A stretch of 18,605 nucleotides of DNA from Oligoflexus sp. (GCA_041736305.1 JBGSTX010000082.1:1-18605); one strand, 5' to 3'. Counted from the first letter of the stretch, positions 1-9,022 are shown. Numbers and translations are program-made. Notes: generated by a model from the sequence alone, not told the origin.

Positions 1-409
1 CTTCGGCCTTGCAGATATCCGCGGCCTCAACTGCCTTGGTCCAGACGACGGGATATTCGCAAGGGATATTGGGGTACTCGAATTGGTCGATACAGGCTTT
101 GGCGTCTTCGACTTTTTGCTTGGCGGGATCGTAGAGGGGAGCCATATATTTAGCGCCGCAGATTTTCTCGAATTGCGCATTTTCGTAGCTGATCTTGTCT
201 TTAGCTAACTTGTCGAGGCACTGTTCAGTCGTGATAGGGTGCTTGGTAACCTTAGGATTGCCCTGGCCGAGGACCGCAGAGTTCTTCTTAAACTCCTCGA
301 GTGTCTTCTGGTAAGCCGCTACTTGAGCGGCCCGGTCCTGAGAGAGGGCCTGCCTTGGAAAAAAAGGAGCGCTCGCGAGTGAGAGAACTAGCAGCAAGGG
401 CAGCTTCAT
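1..409 (-). CDS. Secreted protein with probable formylglycine-generating-enzyme-like (SUMF1/EgtB/PvdO-type) domain; 3' end runs off the window
   Basis: Not in the ORF track. Manual translation from ATG at 409 (AGGA upstream) is open to the window edge: MKLPLLLVLSLASAPFF... (signal peptide) ...CIDQFEYPNIPCEYPVVWTKAVEAADICKAE. This resembles the ID-x-x-E ... P-V-x-x-W/EA-x-x-x-C segment of FGE-like domains. Confidence 0.7.
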   Translation of the reverse strand, partial: MKLPLLLVLSLASAPFFPRQALSQDRAAQVAAYQKTLEEFKKNSAVLGQGNPKVTKHPITTEQCLDKLAKDKISYENAQFEKICGAKYMAPLYDPAKQKVEDAKACIDQFEYPNIPCEYPVVWTKAVEAADICKAE

Positions 410-528
410 CCTAGATTCCTTTCACGTAGTCCGAGAGAAATGCATTCGCGATGATCGCAGCTTTTGAGTATCTTGAAGCTGCTTGCACGCATATTAAAAT
501 GTCACCCGGTGTATGTTAAGGAAGGTAT

Positions 529-1023
529 ATGAAATCTGGTCGTTGTGGTACTGCATTTTTTCTGATTGCTGTCATTTGTGCGGGCTTGTCTAGTCCATTT
601 TTGTATGCCCAGGGAAGACAGGTTGGGGTTCAGACCGGGTTTGACGAGGGTGGGCTTATCGCAGGTGCGAATTTCGATATCGTCGATAGTCCCAGTGAGA
701 ACTATGGTGCCTACACGCGTCTCTATTCTAAGAACGACGCTAAGGGTGCGCCGGCTGTCTTTGCCCTCGGCGCGAATTTTCGAGGCCACTACAAAGTGGG
801 GATCTTCGATTACTACCTGGCACCAGGCTTTGGCCTTTTGCATTACAGTGAAAATCGCACCCATCTTCTGCTCGGACCGACGCTGGCCTATGGTCTGGCA
901 GCAGATCTCGATAAGAACGTTGCCTTGGGGATAGAGAACACGAAGATCTACAGCTGGGTCGGCCAAGTGCGGGGGCTGGTGAAAGATAGCTTTTTGGCTA
1001 CTATTCGCTTCAATTTACCCTAG
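529..1023 (+). CDS. Small outer-membrane beta-barrel protein (hypothetical)
   Basis: AAGGAAGG ribosome-binding site, signal peptide ending LYA-Q, amphipathic Gly/aromatic strands (YYLAPGFG, LGPTLAYG), and a barrel-like C-terminal strand ATIRFNLP. Confidence 0.65.
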   Translation: MKSGRCGTAFFLIAVICAGLSSPFLYAQGRQVGVQTGFDEGGLIAGANFDIVDSPSENYGAYTRLYSKNDAKGAPAVFALGANFRGHYKVGIFDYYLAPGFGLLHYSENRTHLLLGPTLAYGLAADLDKNVALGIENTKIYSWVGQVRGLVKDSFLATIRFNLP

Positions 1024-1094
1024 GGGTTTTCTGGCTTCGCCTTGGATTGATTTTAAAGCCGGGAAAGGATCTGGATTCAGCGGAGAGAGAAAAG

Positions 1095-2018
1095 ATGCAT
1101 TTTGGTCGCGTTCAGGATGACAAAAATCTGGATCTGAGCTTGGTCGAAGATCGACCGCGTACGCGCGGATTCCTCGGTTTAGGCCACCAAGGTCGCAGGT
1201 TGATCTATCCTGGAGCCTCTATCTGGGCTGATAAAGACTGGGTAGGAACGCTTTATCCAAGCGGCACCCGTTCCGCCGATTACCTGCGCATCTACGCTGA
1301 GCACTATGCGAGCGTGGAAAGTAATGGAAGCTTCTATCATCTGCCGAGCTCGCAACAGATTAGGCACTGGCGTAGCCAGGTGGGTGCGGAATTTCGCTTT
1401 TGTCCGAAGGTACCAAAAGAGGTTTCTCACACGCTAGCCAGTGGACTAAACCGACCGCTGCTCCAGGCCTACCTCGACTGCTGCGAGGAATTTGGGGAAC
1501 ACTACGGCATGAGCTTTCTCCAACTCCCAGATGGGTTCGGGCCCGAGATGGGCCGTTCCTTGGAAGTTCTGCTGGCGGCCTGGAGTTCGGAATGGCCTCT
1601 GGCTATAGAGTTTCGTCATCCTGGCTGGTTTAAAGACCACATGCTGCTCGACCCTCTGATCAATCTGCTCTATCGCTATAAAGTCTCGGCAGTCATCACT
1701 GACACGCCAGGTCGGCGCGATGTTCTGCACCTTTCGCTCACAGCCCCCTCGCTCATCGTGCGTTTCCAGGGCTGCTTTCCTTCGCCTAAAGATGATCGAC
1801 GCCTATCTGCTTGGGCTGACCGGCTCCATGAGTGGGCCCAGTCTGGCCTCGATGCCCTCTACTTTTTTGTCCACCAGGAGCGGCACGCCGCGATTCCTGC
1901 GGGCGTCGACTATATGGTCAGAGCTCTCTTGGAGCGCCAAGCTCCCGGGCTCATGCTCCCCGCTCGTCGCGAACAGACGAGCGATGAGGAAGCGAGCCAC
2001 GACGGACTTTGGATTTGA
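1095..2018 (+). CDS. DUF72 (YecE-like) domain protein
   Basis: Motifs W-x-x-x-x-W-x-G-x-x-YP, L-x-x-YA-x-x-Y-x-SVE-x-N-x-SFY, FRFCPKVP, FLQLP, AIEFRHPGW and VRF-x-G. ATG at 1095 (MHFGRV) is preferred over the TTG at 1047. Confidence 0.9.
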   Translation: MHFGRVQDDKNLDLSLVEDRPRTRGFLGLGHQGRRLIYPGASIWADKDWVGTLYPSGTRSADYLRIYAEHYASVESNGSFYHLPSSQQIRHWRSQVGAEFRFCPKVPKEVSHTLASGLNRPLLQAYLDCCEEFGEHYGMSFLQLPDGFGPEMGRSLEVLLAAWSSEWPLAIEFRHPGWFKDHMLLDPLINLLYRYKVSAVITDTPGRRDVLHLSLTAPSLIVRFQGCFPSPKDDRRLSAWADRLHEWAQSGLDALYFFVHQERHAAIPAGVDYMVRALLERQAPGLMLPARREQTSDEEASHDGLWI

Positions 2019-2063
2019 CAAGTCCCGTCCCGTCGGGTCAGAGAGCAAAGAGGGGATAGTACC

Positions 2064-2525
2064 TTACGAAGGAGCTCCCGGTCGCTCAGCTTCCTGCCCC
2101 TGCTGGCGCATGCTTTGTTCGTAGAGCTGATCGAAGTTAATGGGAGCTAGGATCAGCGGAGGGAAGCTGCCTTTGAGGCAGAGACTGTCGACGGTTTCCC
2201 GCAGATAGGGAAAGAGTATATTTAAGCAGAAGGTTCCTGCCAGGCGGCGCAGCGCCTCGCCTTCTATTCCCTTGATCGTGAAAATTCCGGCTTGCTCGAC
2301 TTCAATAACGAAGGCGGGTTTATCGGCATTCTTGCTGGTGATCGTCATTTCCAGCGCTACCTCGTAGACGCTGTCGGCGATACGGCGATGTCGGGTCTGC
2401 ATTTCAACGTTGACCTGCGGTTTCCAGGCTTGGCCGAAGGTTTCTATGGGATTGGGCGACTCGAAGGAAAGGTCTTTGATATATATGCGCTGCAAAGAAA
2501 CCTGAATCTGATCCTGCTCTGACAT
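2064..2525 (-). CDS. secB: Protein-export chaperone SecB
   Basis: QRIYIKDLSFESPN, YEVAL, EVEQAGIF, C-x-NILFPYLRE and FPPLILAPINF are all SecB signature segments. AGGAG ribosome-binding site upstream. Confidence 0.97.
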   Translation of the reverse strand: MSEQDQIQVSLQRIYIKDLSFESPNPIETFGQAWKPQVNVEMQTRHRRIADSVYEVALEMTITSKNADKPAFVIEVEQAGIFTIKGIEGEALRRLAGTFCLNILFPYLRETVDSLCLKGSFPPLILAPINFDQLYEQSMRQQGQEAERPGAPS

Positions 2526-2921
2526 TAGAGGCTCCTGGATGTCGGTATGATGGGGCCGCGGTGCGGACGTCTCGTATCAGTGGGAGGTCACGTTAGCTGA
2601 ACTCTCATGCAGATACCAGTTTTTTTTCCAGTTCGCCGCCGTCTGCACAAGTCCGCTCTCGGCAGCCCCTAGCGCGAGGTTCAGCTCGCTGGCGAAGCCG
2701 TCTCGGCTCAGCCTGACGCAGGATTTTCTGCTCTTTCAAGTCGCAAGTTTCGCCCCGCTTCTTTTATATTGCCTATGGGCTTTCATTTCCAACGCAAGTT
2801 TGTGGTTTGTTCGCCCGACAAAAGACTTCATACGCCAAAACTTGTAGCCGTTTTTGGGATATCGTACTCTGTAGAGACTGCGATCGAGGGCAGAAGAGCA
2901 GTAGCATCTAAGGAGACGCCG

Positions 2922-3779
2922 ATGCGAAAAATTTCGTTAATACTCTGGTTTTCTTGCATCCTGACTTCCTGTGCGTTCAAGAACATGATTTACCAGCACC
3001 TCGATACTGTGGTCATGTATCAGATCGATAGCTATCTCGATCTCCGCTCCGATCAAGAAAAGGCCATCGAAGGGCCCGTTCAAGAAACCGTCGAGTGGAT
3101 CAAAAAAGAAAAGCTGAAAGAGGTCGTGGCTCTTGTCGATAAGCTCGCCGAAGCCGCTGGTAAACGGGCCATCGACGCGACGCTAATCGACGAGGTCTTT
3201 CAAAGGTTCGGTCTTTGGCGAGCAGAACTCACCGCTAAGCTAGCCAAGCCCGCGGCGAAGCTCGTTCAGTCACTCGACGAACGCCAGATCGGTTATCTCG
3301 AGAAAAAGCTGCGAAAGAGCAATCGAAAGCTCGAGGATCTGCTGGGAGAAAAACCCGCCGATTTCCAAGAAGAGCTCGATGACTATAGTGACGATCAGAT
3401 GAAGCGCTTCAAGAGCTGGTATGGGCGTTTCTCTCCTGAACAAAAGGCGATCTATATCCAAAGCATCCGCCCGGACCGCGCGCGCATCGAACAGCAGCTC
3501 GCCATCCGCAAAGATTCGCAAGACGCCTGGCTCAAGATCATCAGAGAACGCAATGAAGAGAAGACCCTCAAAGTTATCGAGAGCTGGGGAAAGTCCGACC
3601 CCGGGGAGGGATTAAACGCCAAACAGCAGCAGTTTCGGACCGAGTCCCGCCAGCAGTGGCGGGACTTCTGGATAGCTCTTCACAAAAATTTGAGCGAAGA
3701 GCAGTGGAAGCAGCTGCAAAAAAAGCTAGAGGAAACTTCGCAGGATCTGACGGGGATCCTACGGAAGCAAGCCGCCTAA
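2922..3779 (+). CDS. Alpha-helical lipoprotein, DUF6279-like
   Basis: AAGGAG at 2910-2915 precedes ATG 2922. Lipobox LTSC, then IYQHLDTVVMYQIDSYLDL, an internal WYG, and C-terminal LSEEQW, all resembling DUF6279 lipoproteins. Confidence 0.7.
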   Translation: MRKISLILWFSCILTSCAFKNMIYQHLDTVVMYQIDSYLDLRSDQEKAIEGPVQETVEWIKKEKLKEVVALVDKLAEAAGKRAIDATLIDEVFQRFGLWRAELTAKLAKPAAKLVQSLDERQIGYLEKKLRKSNRKLEDLLGEKPADFQEELDDYSDDQMKRFKSWYGRFSPEQKAIYIQSIRPDRARIEQQLAIRKDSQDAWLKIIRERNEEKTLKVIESWGKSDPGEGLNAKQQQFRTESRQQWRDFWIALHKNLSEEQWKQLQKKLEETSQDLTGILRKQAA

Positions 3780-3787
3780 AAGCTCCC

Positions 3788-5848
3788 TCAGTGGGTGGCA
3801 GCCTTCGGCACCAATTCATTGACGAGAGGCTTGGCCTTGTAGACTTTATCAAGTGATTCGATGATAGCGCTTGAATGAACCGAGACCGCGCGGTTGAGCT
3901 TGGGATCGAAACCATAGCGTCCACCGAGTGACCAAATGTTCCCATCGAAAATCAAGCCGACGATTTCCGCCTTCTGATTGATGACCGGCGATCCTGAATT
4001 ACCGCCGATGATATCGTTGTTGGAAGCGAAGTTCATAGGGACTTCGCCGCGTACAGCATTGCGGTTTTTGATCCAGCTCGGAGGCAAAGCAAAGGGATCT
4101 TCGCCCGTGTGGAGATCATAGACTCCACCGATCTGAGTGATCGCAGGCACCTTCTTATCGCCTTCCACGGTGCCGGCTACGGCTCCGTAGCTCAGGCGGA
4201 GGGTAAAGGTGGCGTCAGGATAGATGCTGGTGCCATAGAGGGCAAAGCGAGACTTGGCGATCATCTCGTGGCCTTTGTTGATCTGGCTCGTAATGTCTTC
4301 GTCCATGACGCGACGCAGCGAGCGAGCTTCAGGATCGACAGCGAGGGCCAGCATTATCATCGGATCGCGACTGGCTTTAATCGCAGCGGCTCCGCCTTCG
4401 AAGAGCTTCTTCCGCTCGGCGACGCTCTTCAACTTGCTGCCTTTGACCAGTTCGGTAGCCAGCTGATCGGGGGATTTCTTGCCCAGAACTTTCTGTACGA
4501 AGGGGTCACCTGCGCCGAGGATTTCTCTGAGCTTGGTGAGGCCGAAACTGAGGCGGAGCTTTTCCATTTCATCGTAAATAGGTGCTTCTGAGAAGAGCGA
4601 TTGCTTCAGCTCGGGAATGCTAGCGTCGACGTATTCGCGGAGACGCTCTTCATTCGGCTTCTTCTGTTCGTCAGAATAGCGAACGAGTCGACGGGCCATT
4701 CTAAAGAGATCGCTGTCGAAGCCGCGCGCTCCTTCGATCATGGTGTAGCGATCGGAAATATCGCGCGTCTGCTTCACAGCAGCTGCAATCTTGTCCCAGG
4801 CACCCGCATACTGATCCTTCAGTTCTTTTTTGCTGGCGATCTTGGCTCGAAGTTCTTCTTCCTGCTTGACCTTGGCGGCGAAGAAGTTTGCTTCAGCGAG
4901 AGCCGCATGCTGACCCTTCATCGCTTTCAGACTGTTTTCAACTCCGAAGAGCATCTCGTTGCTGATCCGCTTGGCTTCAACGCCGCGACGTTGAAATTCG
5001 GTGATAATACCCCTTTGCTCAGAAGCATAGGCTATGCGGCGTGGGAGATTGTAGTCGCGATCGAAAGTCAACTCAGCGATTGAGGACTCGCGGCTGGTTC
5101 GTCCGGGATGGCCGGAAACGAAGACCAGTTCGCCTTCCTTAGCTCCATCTTGGGAGAAGGGGAAGAAGTTATCCATCTTGATGGGCTTACCCTTATCGTA
5201 GATACGAACGAAGGCAAGATCGAGGTTATAGCGTGGAAAGGTGAAGTTGTAAGGATCTCCGCCGAAGAACGCGATCGAGAATTCTGGAGCGAAAACCAAT
5301 CTAACATCCTGGAAGCGACGATACTGATAAAGAGCGTAGCGACCGCCTTCATAGAGAGTGACGACATCGCAGCGAATGTTCTCGTCTTTTGCGCACTCTT
5401 GCTTGATCTTCGCCATCTCGGCTTTTTGGGCCTGTGCGAAGTCCTTGCCTTCTTTGCCCTTGGTCACTTCTTCCATGCGGGGGGTGACATCGGCGATCGA
5501 CTGGAGCTGGTTGACTTCCATTTCCGGACAACGGCGTTCTTCAGCTCCGGTCTTGGCGTAGAATCCGTCTTTTATGTAGTCATGCTTCGGGTCCGAAAGC
5601 TGCTCGATGCAGGAGTGGGCGCAGTGATGGTTGGTCATGACCAACCCTTGAGCAGAAACGAAGCTGGCAGAACAACCTTGAGCCAGTCGTGCCGATGAGA
5701 GGCGAACTTTATCAAGCCAAGGCTGCTCAGGTTTGAAATTATAAGTTTTAGCGACCTGATCAGATGGAAAATTATCGAAAGTCCACATACCTTCGTCGGC
5801 ATGAGCGAAGGAGCTAAAAAGAAGGCTCGCGAGTAGCAGGCTACGCAT
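3788..5848 (-). CDS. S46 family serine dipeptidyl peptidase (DPP7/DAP BII-like)
   Basis: Signal peptide AHA-DEGMW, GCSASFVS, TNHHC (catalytic His), YPDATFTLRLSYG, DIIGGNSGSPV (catalytic Ser) and GLIFDGN. Confidence 0.96.
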   Translation of the reverse strand: MRSLLLASLLFSSFAHADEGMWTFDNFPSDQVAKTYNFKPEQPWLDKVRLSSARLAQGCSASFVSAQGLVMTNHHCAHSCIEQLSDPKHDYIKDGFYAKTGAEERRCPEMEVNQLQSIADVTPRMEEVTKGKEGKDFAQAQKAEMAKIKQECAKDENIRCDVVTLYEGGRYALYQYRRFQDVRLVFAPEFSIAFFGGDPYNFTFPRYNLDLAFVRIYDKGKPIKMDNFFPFSQDGAKEGELVFVSGHPGRTSRESSIAELTFDRDYNLPRRIAYASEQRGIITEFQRRGVEAKRISNEMLFGVENSLKAMKGQHAALAEANFFAAKVKQEEELRAKIASKKELKDQYAGAWDKIAAAVKQTRDISDRYTMIEGARGFDSDLFRMARRLVRYSDEQKKPNEERLREYVDASIPELKQSLFSEAPIYDEMEKLRLSFGLTKLREILGAGDPFVQKVLGKKSPDQLATELVKGSKLKSVAERKKLFEGGAAAIKASRDPMIMLALAVDPEARSLRRVMDEDITSQINKGHEMIAKSRFALYGTSIYPDATFTLRLSYGAVAGTVEGDKKVPAITQIGGVYDLHTGEDPFALPPSWIKNRNAVRGEVPMNFASNNDIIGGNSGSPVINQKAEIVGLIFDGNIWSLGGRYGFDPKLNRAVSVHSSAIIESLDKVYKAKPLVNELVPKAATH

Positions 5849-6098
5849 TATATCTCCGTGGCAAAGGTTCCGCGGTTTTATAGCGTAGAGCTAAGGGATC
5901 CGGCAAGACATCCTTGAACAGACTTATGCGTCAAAATAGGCGCGCAATGCTGTAAGTGCGTACATAGCCTATTCGAGAGTGAGAGCTTCGCGCACCTTAT
6001 TCCATTGCAGAGTCGAAGTTTGCCAATCATATCTAAAATGTTAGCCCGAAATACAGGACACAACCCATCAATCTTATCAGCCGGAATCGAGGAGGATT

Positions 6099-6810
6099 AT
6101 GCATGGACAGGCTCGCGAATTTCGCGCGTACGGCTTCTGCTTATTGGTCTTACTTTTTCATGCAAGACGACTGCGCCTAGAGGGGAAGAAGCCTCGGTCA
6201 GTGGCACGGAGCTAAGTTCGTCGAAAGAGATCGAGCCTTGGCTGAAGGAAGCGATCGAATTTTCCCGCAAGCAATCGATCTCCTTGATCCAAAAAATCGG
6301 TGTCGACAGTTCAAAAATTCCACGTTCAAGCGATCGCGATGGGAGCTTTGGTTCTGGAAGAACCAGTGAGTGCGAAGGGTACGCTCGGATGGACGACTGG
6401 GTTTTTCCCAGGTTCGCTTTGGTATATTTACGAGTACTTAAAAAAGCATGGTACGGAGGCAGAGGCGAAGGAAATGCTGGGGATGGCCCGGACTTTTACT
6501 GCCAAGTTAAACCCAGTGCAGCACCTCACCAACGATCATGATGTCGGCTTTGTGATGTATTGCAGCTATGGAACCGGTCTGCAGATTACCGGAGATGAGA
6601 GCTACAAGCCCGTTCTGCTGCAGACGGCAAGCTCACTTCTCTCACGCCTCAACCCGAACGCAGGAGTGACAAAATCGTGGGACTGGTGGGGTGATAAGAA
6701 AAAAGACCTGCCCGTAATCATGGACAATATGATGAATCTTGAACTGCTCTACTGGGCTGCTAGAGAGAGTGGCAATCAAAGTTTCAAGGAAGCTGCCGAC
6801 TCCCACGCAT
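6099..6810 (+). pseudogene. Glycoside hydrolase family 88 (unsaturated glucuronyl hydrolase) lipoprotein, frameshifted twice and 3'-truncated
   Basis: GAGGAGG then ATG 6099, whose frame stops at 6213-6215. The lipobox FSC and IPRS..DG lie in a second frame. The GH88 motifs WTTGFFPGSLW, HDVGFVMYCSYG, KSWD, IMDNMMNLELL and A-x-SHA are back in the first frame. Similarity stops after SHA (~6809). Confidence 0.85.
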
Positions 6811-6937
6811 CGCAGCCCGAGGAATCCCGCCTAGATCGAGGTCAGCAGAGAATTGGCTTCACTTTCACCAGCGCGCTCCTTTCTAAGGTGATGATCATGC
6901 TAGGTAGCTCCATACTGCGCGAACTGGCGGCCGTCTT

Positions 6938-7024
6938 ACGCAGCTAGATTGCTCACCTACTTTTGTCTTCTTCGATGGGACCTGTGCCACCTGCCACTTC
7001 GTAGTGAAGTTTCTTCTGCGCAGA
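6938..7024 (+). pseudogene. N-terminal remnant of a DCC-family (DUF393/YuxK-like) thiol-disulfide oxidoreductase
   Basis: Not in the ORF track. The frame reads TQLDCSPTFVFFDGTCATCHFVVKFLLRR, with DxxCxxC at 6974-6994. There is no ATG/GTG/TTG between the stop at 6905-6907 and the motif. The frame then runs antisense into the next gene. Confidence 0.7.
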
Positions 7025-7038
7025 CGTTCATTGAGATC

Positions 7039-8439
7039 TTATTCAGCTGGCGGAGGTGCCGGCGGCAGTTCTGGGTTGAAGTCACCAGGATTCAATTCCG
7101 AGAAGTCAATCTCGGCGGGCTGGCTGCTCTGAGCGTATCCTTCACCCGAGAAGCAGCTCGACATTCCCGACATGCTGGCGGAAGCTTCGGCCATCAGGTC
7201 TTTATCGCAGGCCTGGTGCTTGGCGGTCGTTGCGCTATCGGTCGCCGGTGTGACTTTCTTGGACCAGTCGGCCTTCGCACAATCAAAACCTGATAGAGCG
7301 GTTGGTGCATAAGTCGCAGGCAAAATGCCTGGCACGTCTTTACTTGTCAGGTGCAGCTCGCCACCTTCAGCAAACTTGCTCGCCGTGCAGTCGGTCAGTA
7401 AGCTGTCTTTGTCCACGCAGGCTTGAGTGGAGAAATTCTGGCCGTTACCATCATAGCTATAGAGCACGTTGCCGCTCACGGCATCAAAGGCGCCGACACC
7501 CGCATTCTTGAAGGAGAAGGGGTCGCCCTGGCCAAAGTTCATCGTACCGCTTTCAGAAATGGAAACTTTGGAGTATCCCGAGTCTTTGGCAGAGATCGCA
7601 AACTTCTGGGCAAAAGAGAAGCCACTGAATCCAAATTTGACTTCCATGTTCATGCCATTGGCATCAGCTTCAGTGAAGTTGGAGTCAAAACCAATGGCGC
7701 CATTGAAGGTACCCATGGTGTCATCGCCCGACGAGACATGGATAGTCCCCTTGCTAACCTTGACGGATTTTCCATCTTTGGTAATGGATTTTGAACCAGT
7801 GATTTTGAATGCTTGTGACAGTTTCATGTCCGCTGTCGTCTCGCCTTCGCAGATATAGACTGCGATATTGTCCCCGTCGGTGTCATCAGCGTAGATACCG
7901 ATTTTCGGTATGGTAAAGCCGCCTCCTGTACCAGGACCAGCAGGTCCACCACTGGCTCCCTCCGGAGGAGTCTGCGAGGGATCGCTACCTCCAGGGAACT
8001 CGCCACTTGGTCCACCTTCCACACCCGGTGGGGGGGCTTGGAGAGCGAGACCAACAGGCATGTTGCCGATGTCAAGGACGACGGGCGTGTTCCAGGGTAT
8101 GTTTTTCCCTTCGGCTTCAATGTGGCAAAGCGTACCTGAGATCATTTTAATCTGGGTAACGAGTTGCTTGGCGCTTTCGCGCATCAAGCAGGCTTCCATA
8201 GACTTCGCAGCAGTCAGACGAAGTGAACCTGAACCTTCGGTAAGGGCTGGAGGCAAGTCAAGCTTTAACGCTCCAGTCAAACCCAATTCATCTACGCTTG
8301 CAGCCTCTACCGAACCCTTGGGCGTTCTGGTAGTGCCAGTCGTAGCGCCGGTGGTGGGATCTGACGAGCTTGAAGACTTACCGCAAGCAACTAAGCCGGC
8401 TAGAGTAAGAATCGCGGGGACCATCTTGTATGCGTTCAT
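7039..8439 (-). CDS. Hypothetical lipoprotein with Ser/Thr linker, Pro/Gly-rich insert and 8 non-lipobox Cys
   Basis: AAGGAA ribosome-binding site, lipobox LVAC-GKSSSSS, 466-aa ORF, and Pro-rich C-terminus. No family recognised. Confidence 0.85.
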   Translation of the reverse strand: MNAYKMVPAILTLAGLVACGKSSSSSDPTTGATTGTTRTPKGSVEAASVDELGLTGALKLDLPPALTEGSGSLRLTAAKSMEACLMRESAKQLVTQIKMISGTLCHIEAEGKNIPWNTPVVLDIGNMPVGLALQAPPPGVEGGPSGEFPGGSDPSQTPPEGASGGPAGPGTGGGFTIPKIGIYADDTDGDNIAVYICEGETTADMKLSQAFKITGSKSITKDGKSVKVSKGTIHVSSGDDTMGTFNGAIGFDSNFTEADANGMNMEVKFGFSGFSFAQKFAISAKDSGYSKVSISESGTMNFGQGDPFSFKNAGVGAFDAVSGNVLYSYDGNGQNFSTQACVDKDSLLTDCTASKFAEGGELHLTSKDVPGILPATYAPTALSGFDCAKADWSKKVTPATDSATTAKHQACDKDLMAEASASMSGMSSCFSGEGYAQSSQPAEIDFSELNPGDFNPELPPAPPPAE

Positions 8440-9022
8440 TAATTGTTCCTTTGTTTTAACGAAATACGCACATATTCTCGGTGCCCCGCAATTCTCCTTA
8501 AGTGATTTTTTGCAAGCACATGATAAGAAATAAAATGTTGGCCTTAATTACCTGACACCCCGAACTAGGCGCCGATAGGCCCTACAGCTTTTCCCGCTCT
8601 CTAAGTTCGGCCCGCACTCGATTCTGTTCGTGGGTCAAACCCCGCTACGGTGCAGCAATTACTTCAGGGCGCAAACGATTCGGCGCGATGATGCAATGCA
8701 AGCACGCCACCTGTAAGGCTCGTTGAACGCTGGGAGTAGGAAATCCAAAAGCATCTTGACGTCTTCCCTGGAGAGATCGGAAAGAAGACCGAGTAAGCCT
8801 CAGCAAGAGCCCTGGAGCCCACAAGACCAGGGAAGTGCTGAACGCCCGAAGGCCAGGAATCTCCATCCATAGTCTTAGACTTGGATGGAGAGGTTTAAGC
8901 TTGCCTTTTTTCTACGTTGCCAAAGGGCGCCTCAGCCGAACGCTCGAGATGCAGGCTGTGAAGCTCGGTAAAGCACCGAACACCTGCAGGCAGCCGCTCA
9001 GCAAGTAAGATGGCGCTCCAGC

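Noticed and set aside
2548..2669. tRNA/tmRNA-like acceptor stem on the minus strand (GGGGCTG...CGGCCCC-A-TCA)
   Set aside because: No T-arm (GTTCRA), no D-arm consensus, 118-nt span, and it ends TCA rather than CCA. Kept only as a possible structured leader.
2769..2921. 51-aa N-terminal extension of the 336-aa track ORF
   Set aside because: A strong AAGGAG and a lipoprotein signal peptide start at ATG 2922.
4109..5698. Long plus-strand ORFs opposite the S46 gene
   Set aside because: Antisense shadows of a well-supported gene, with no motifs.
5935..5973. Hairpin AATAGGC...GCCTATT in the S46/GH88 divergent region
   Set aside because: Short and interrupted with no U-tract. Not distinguishable from chance by eye.
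6949..7293. 114-aa plus-strand track ORF
   Set aside because: Wrong frame for the DCC motif and mostly antisense to the 466-aa gene.
8645..8870. Two short minus-strand ORFs and a third-frame protein-like stretch (GLLSDLSREDVKMLLDFLLPAFNEPY)
   Set aside because: No recognisable motif or ribosome-binding site. It could be a decayed gene, but I cannot support a call.
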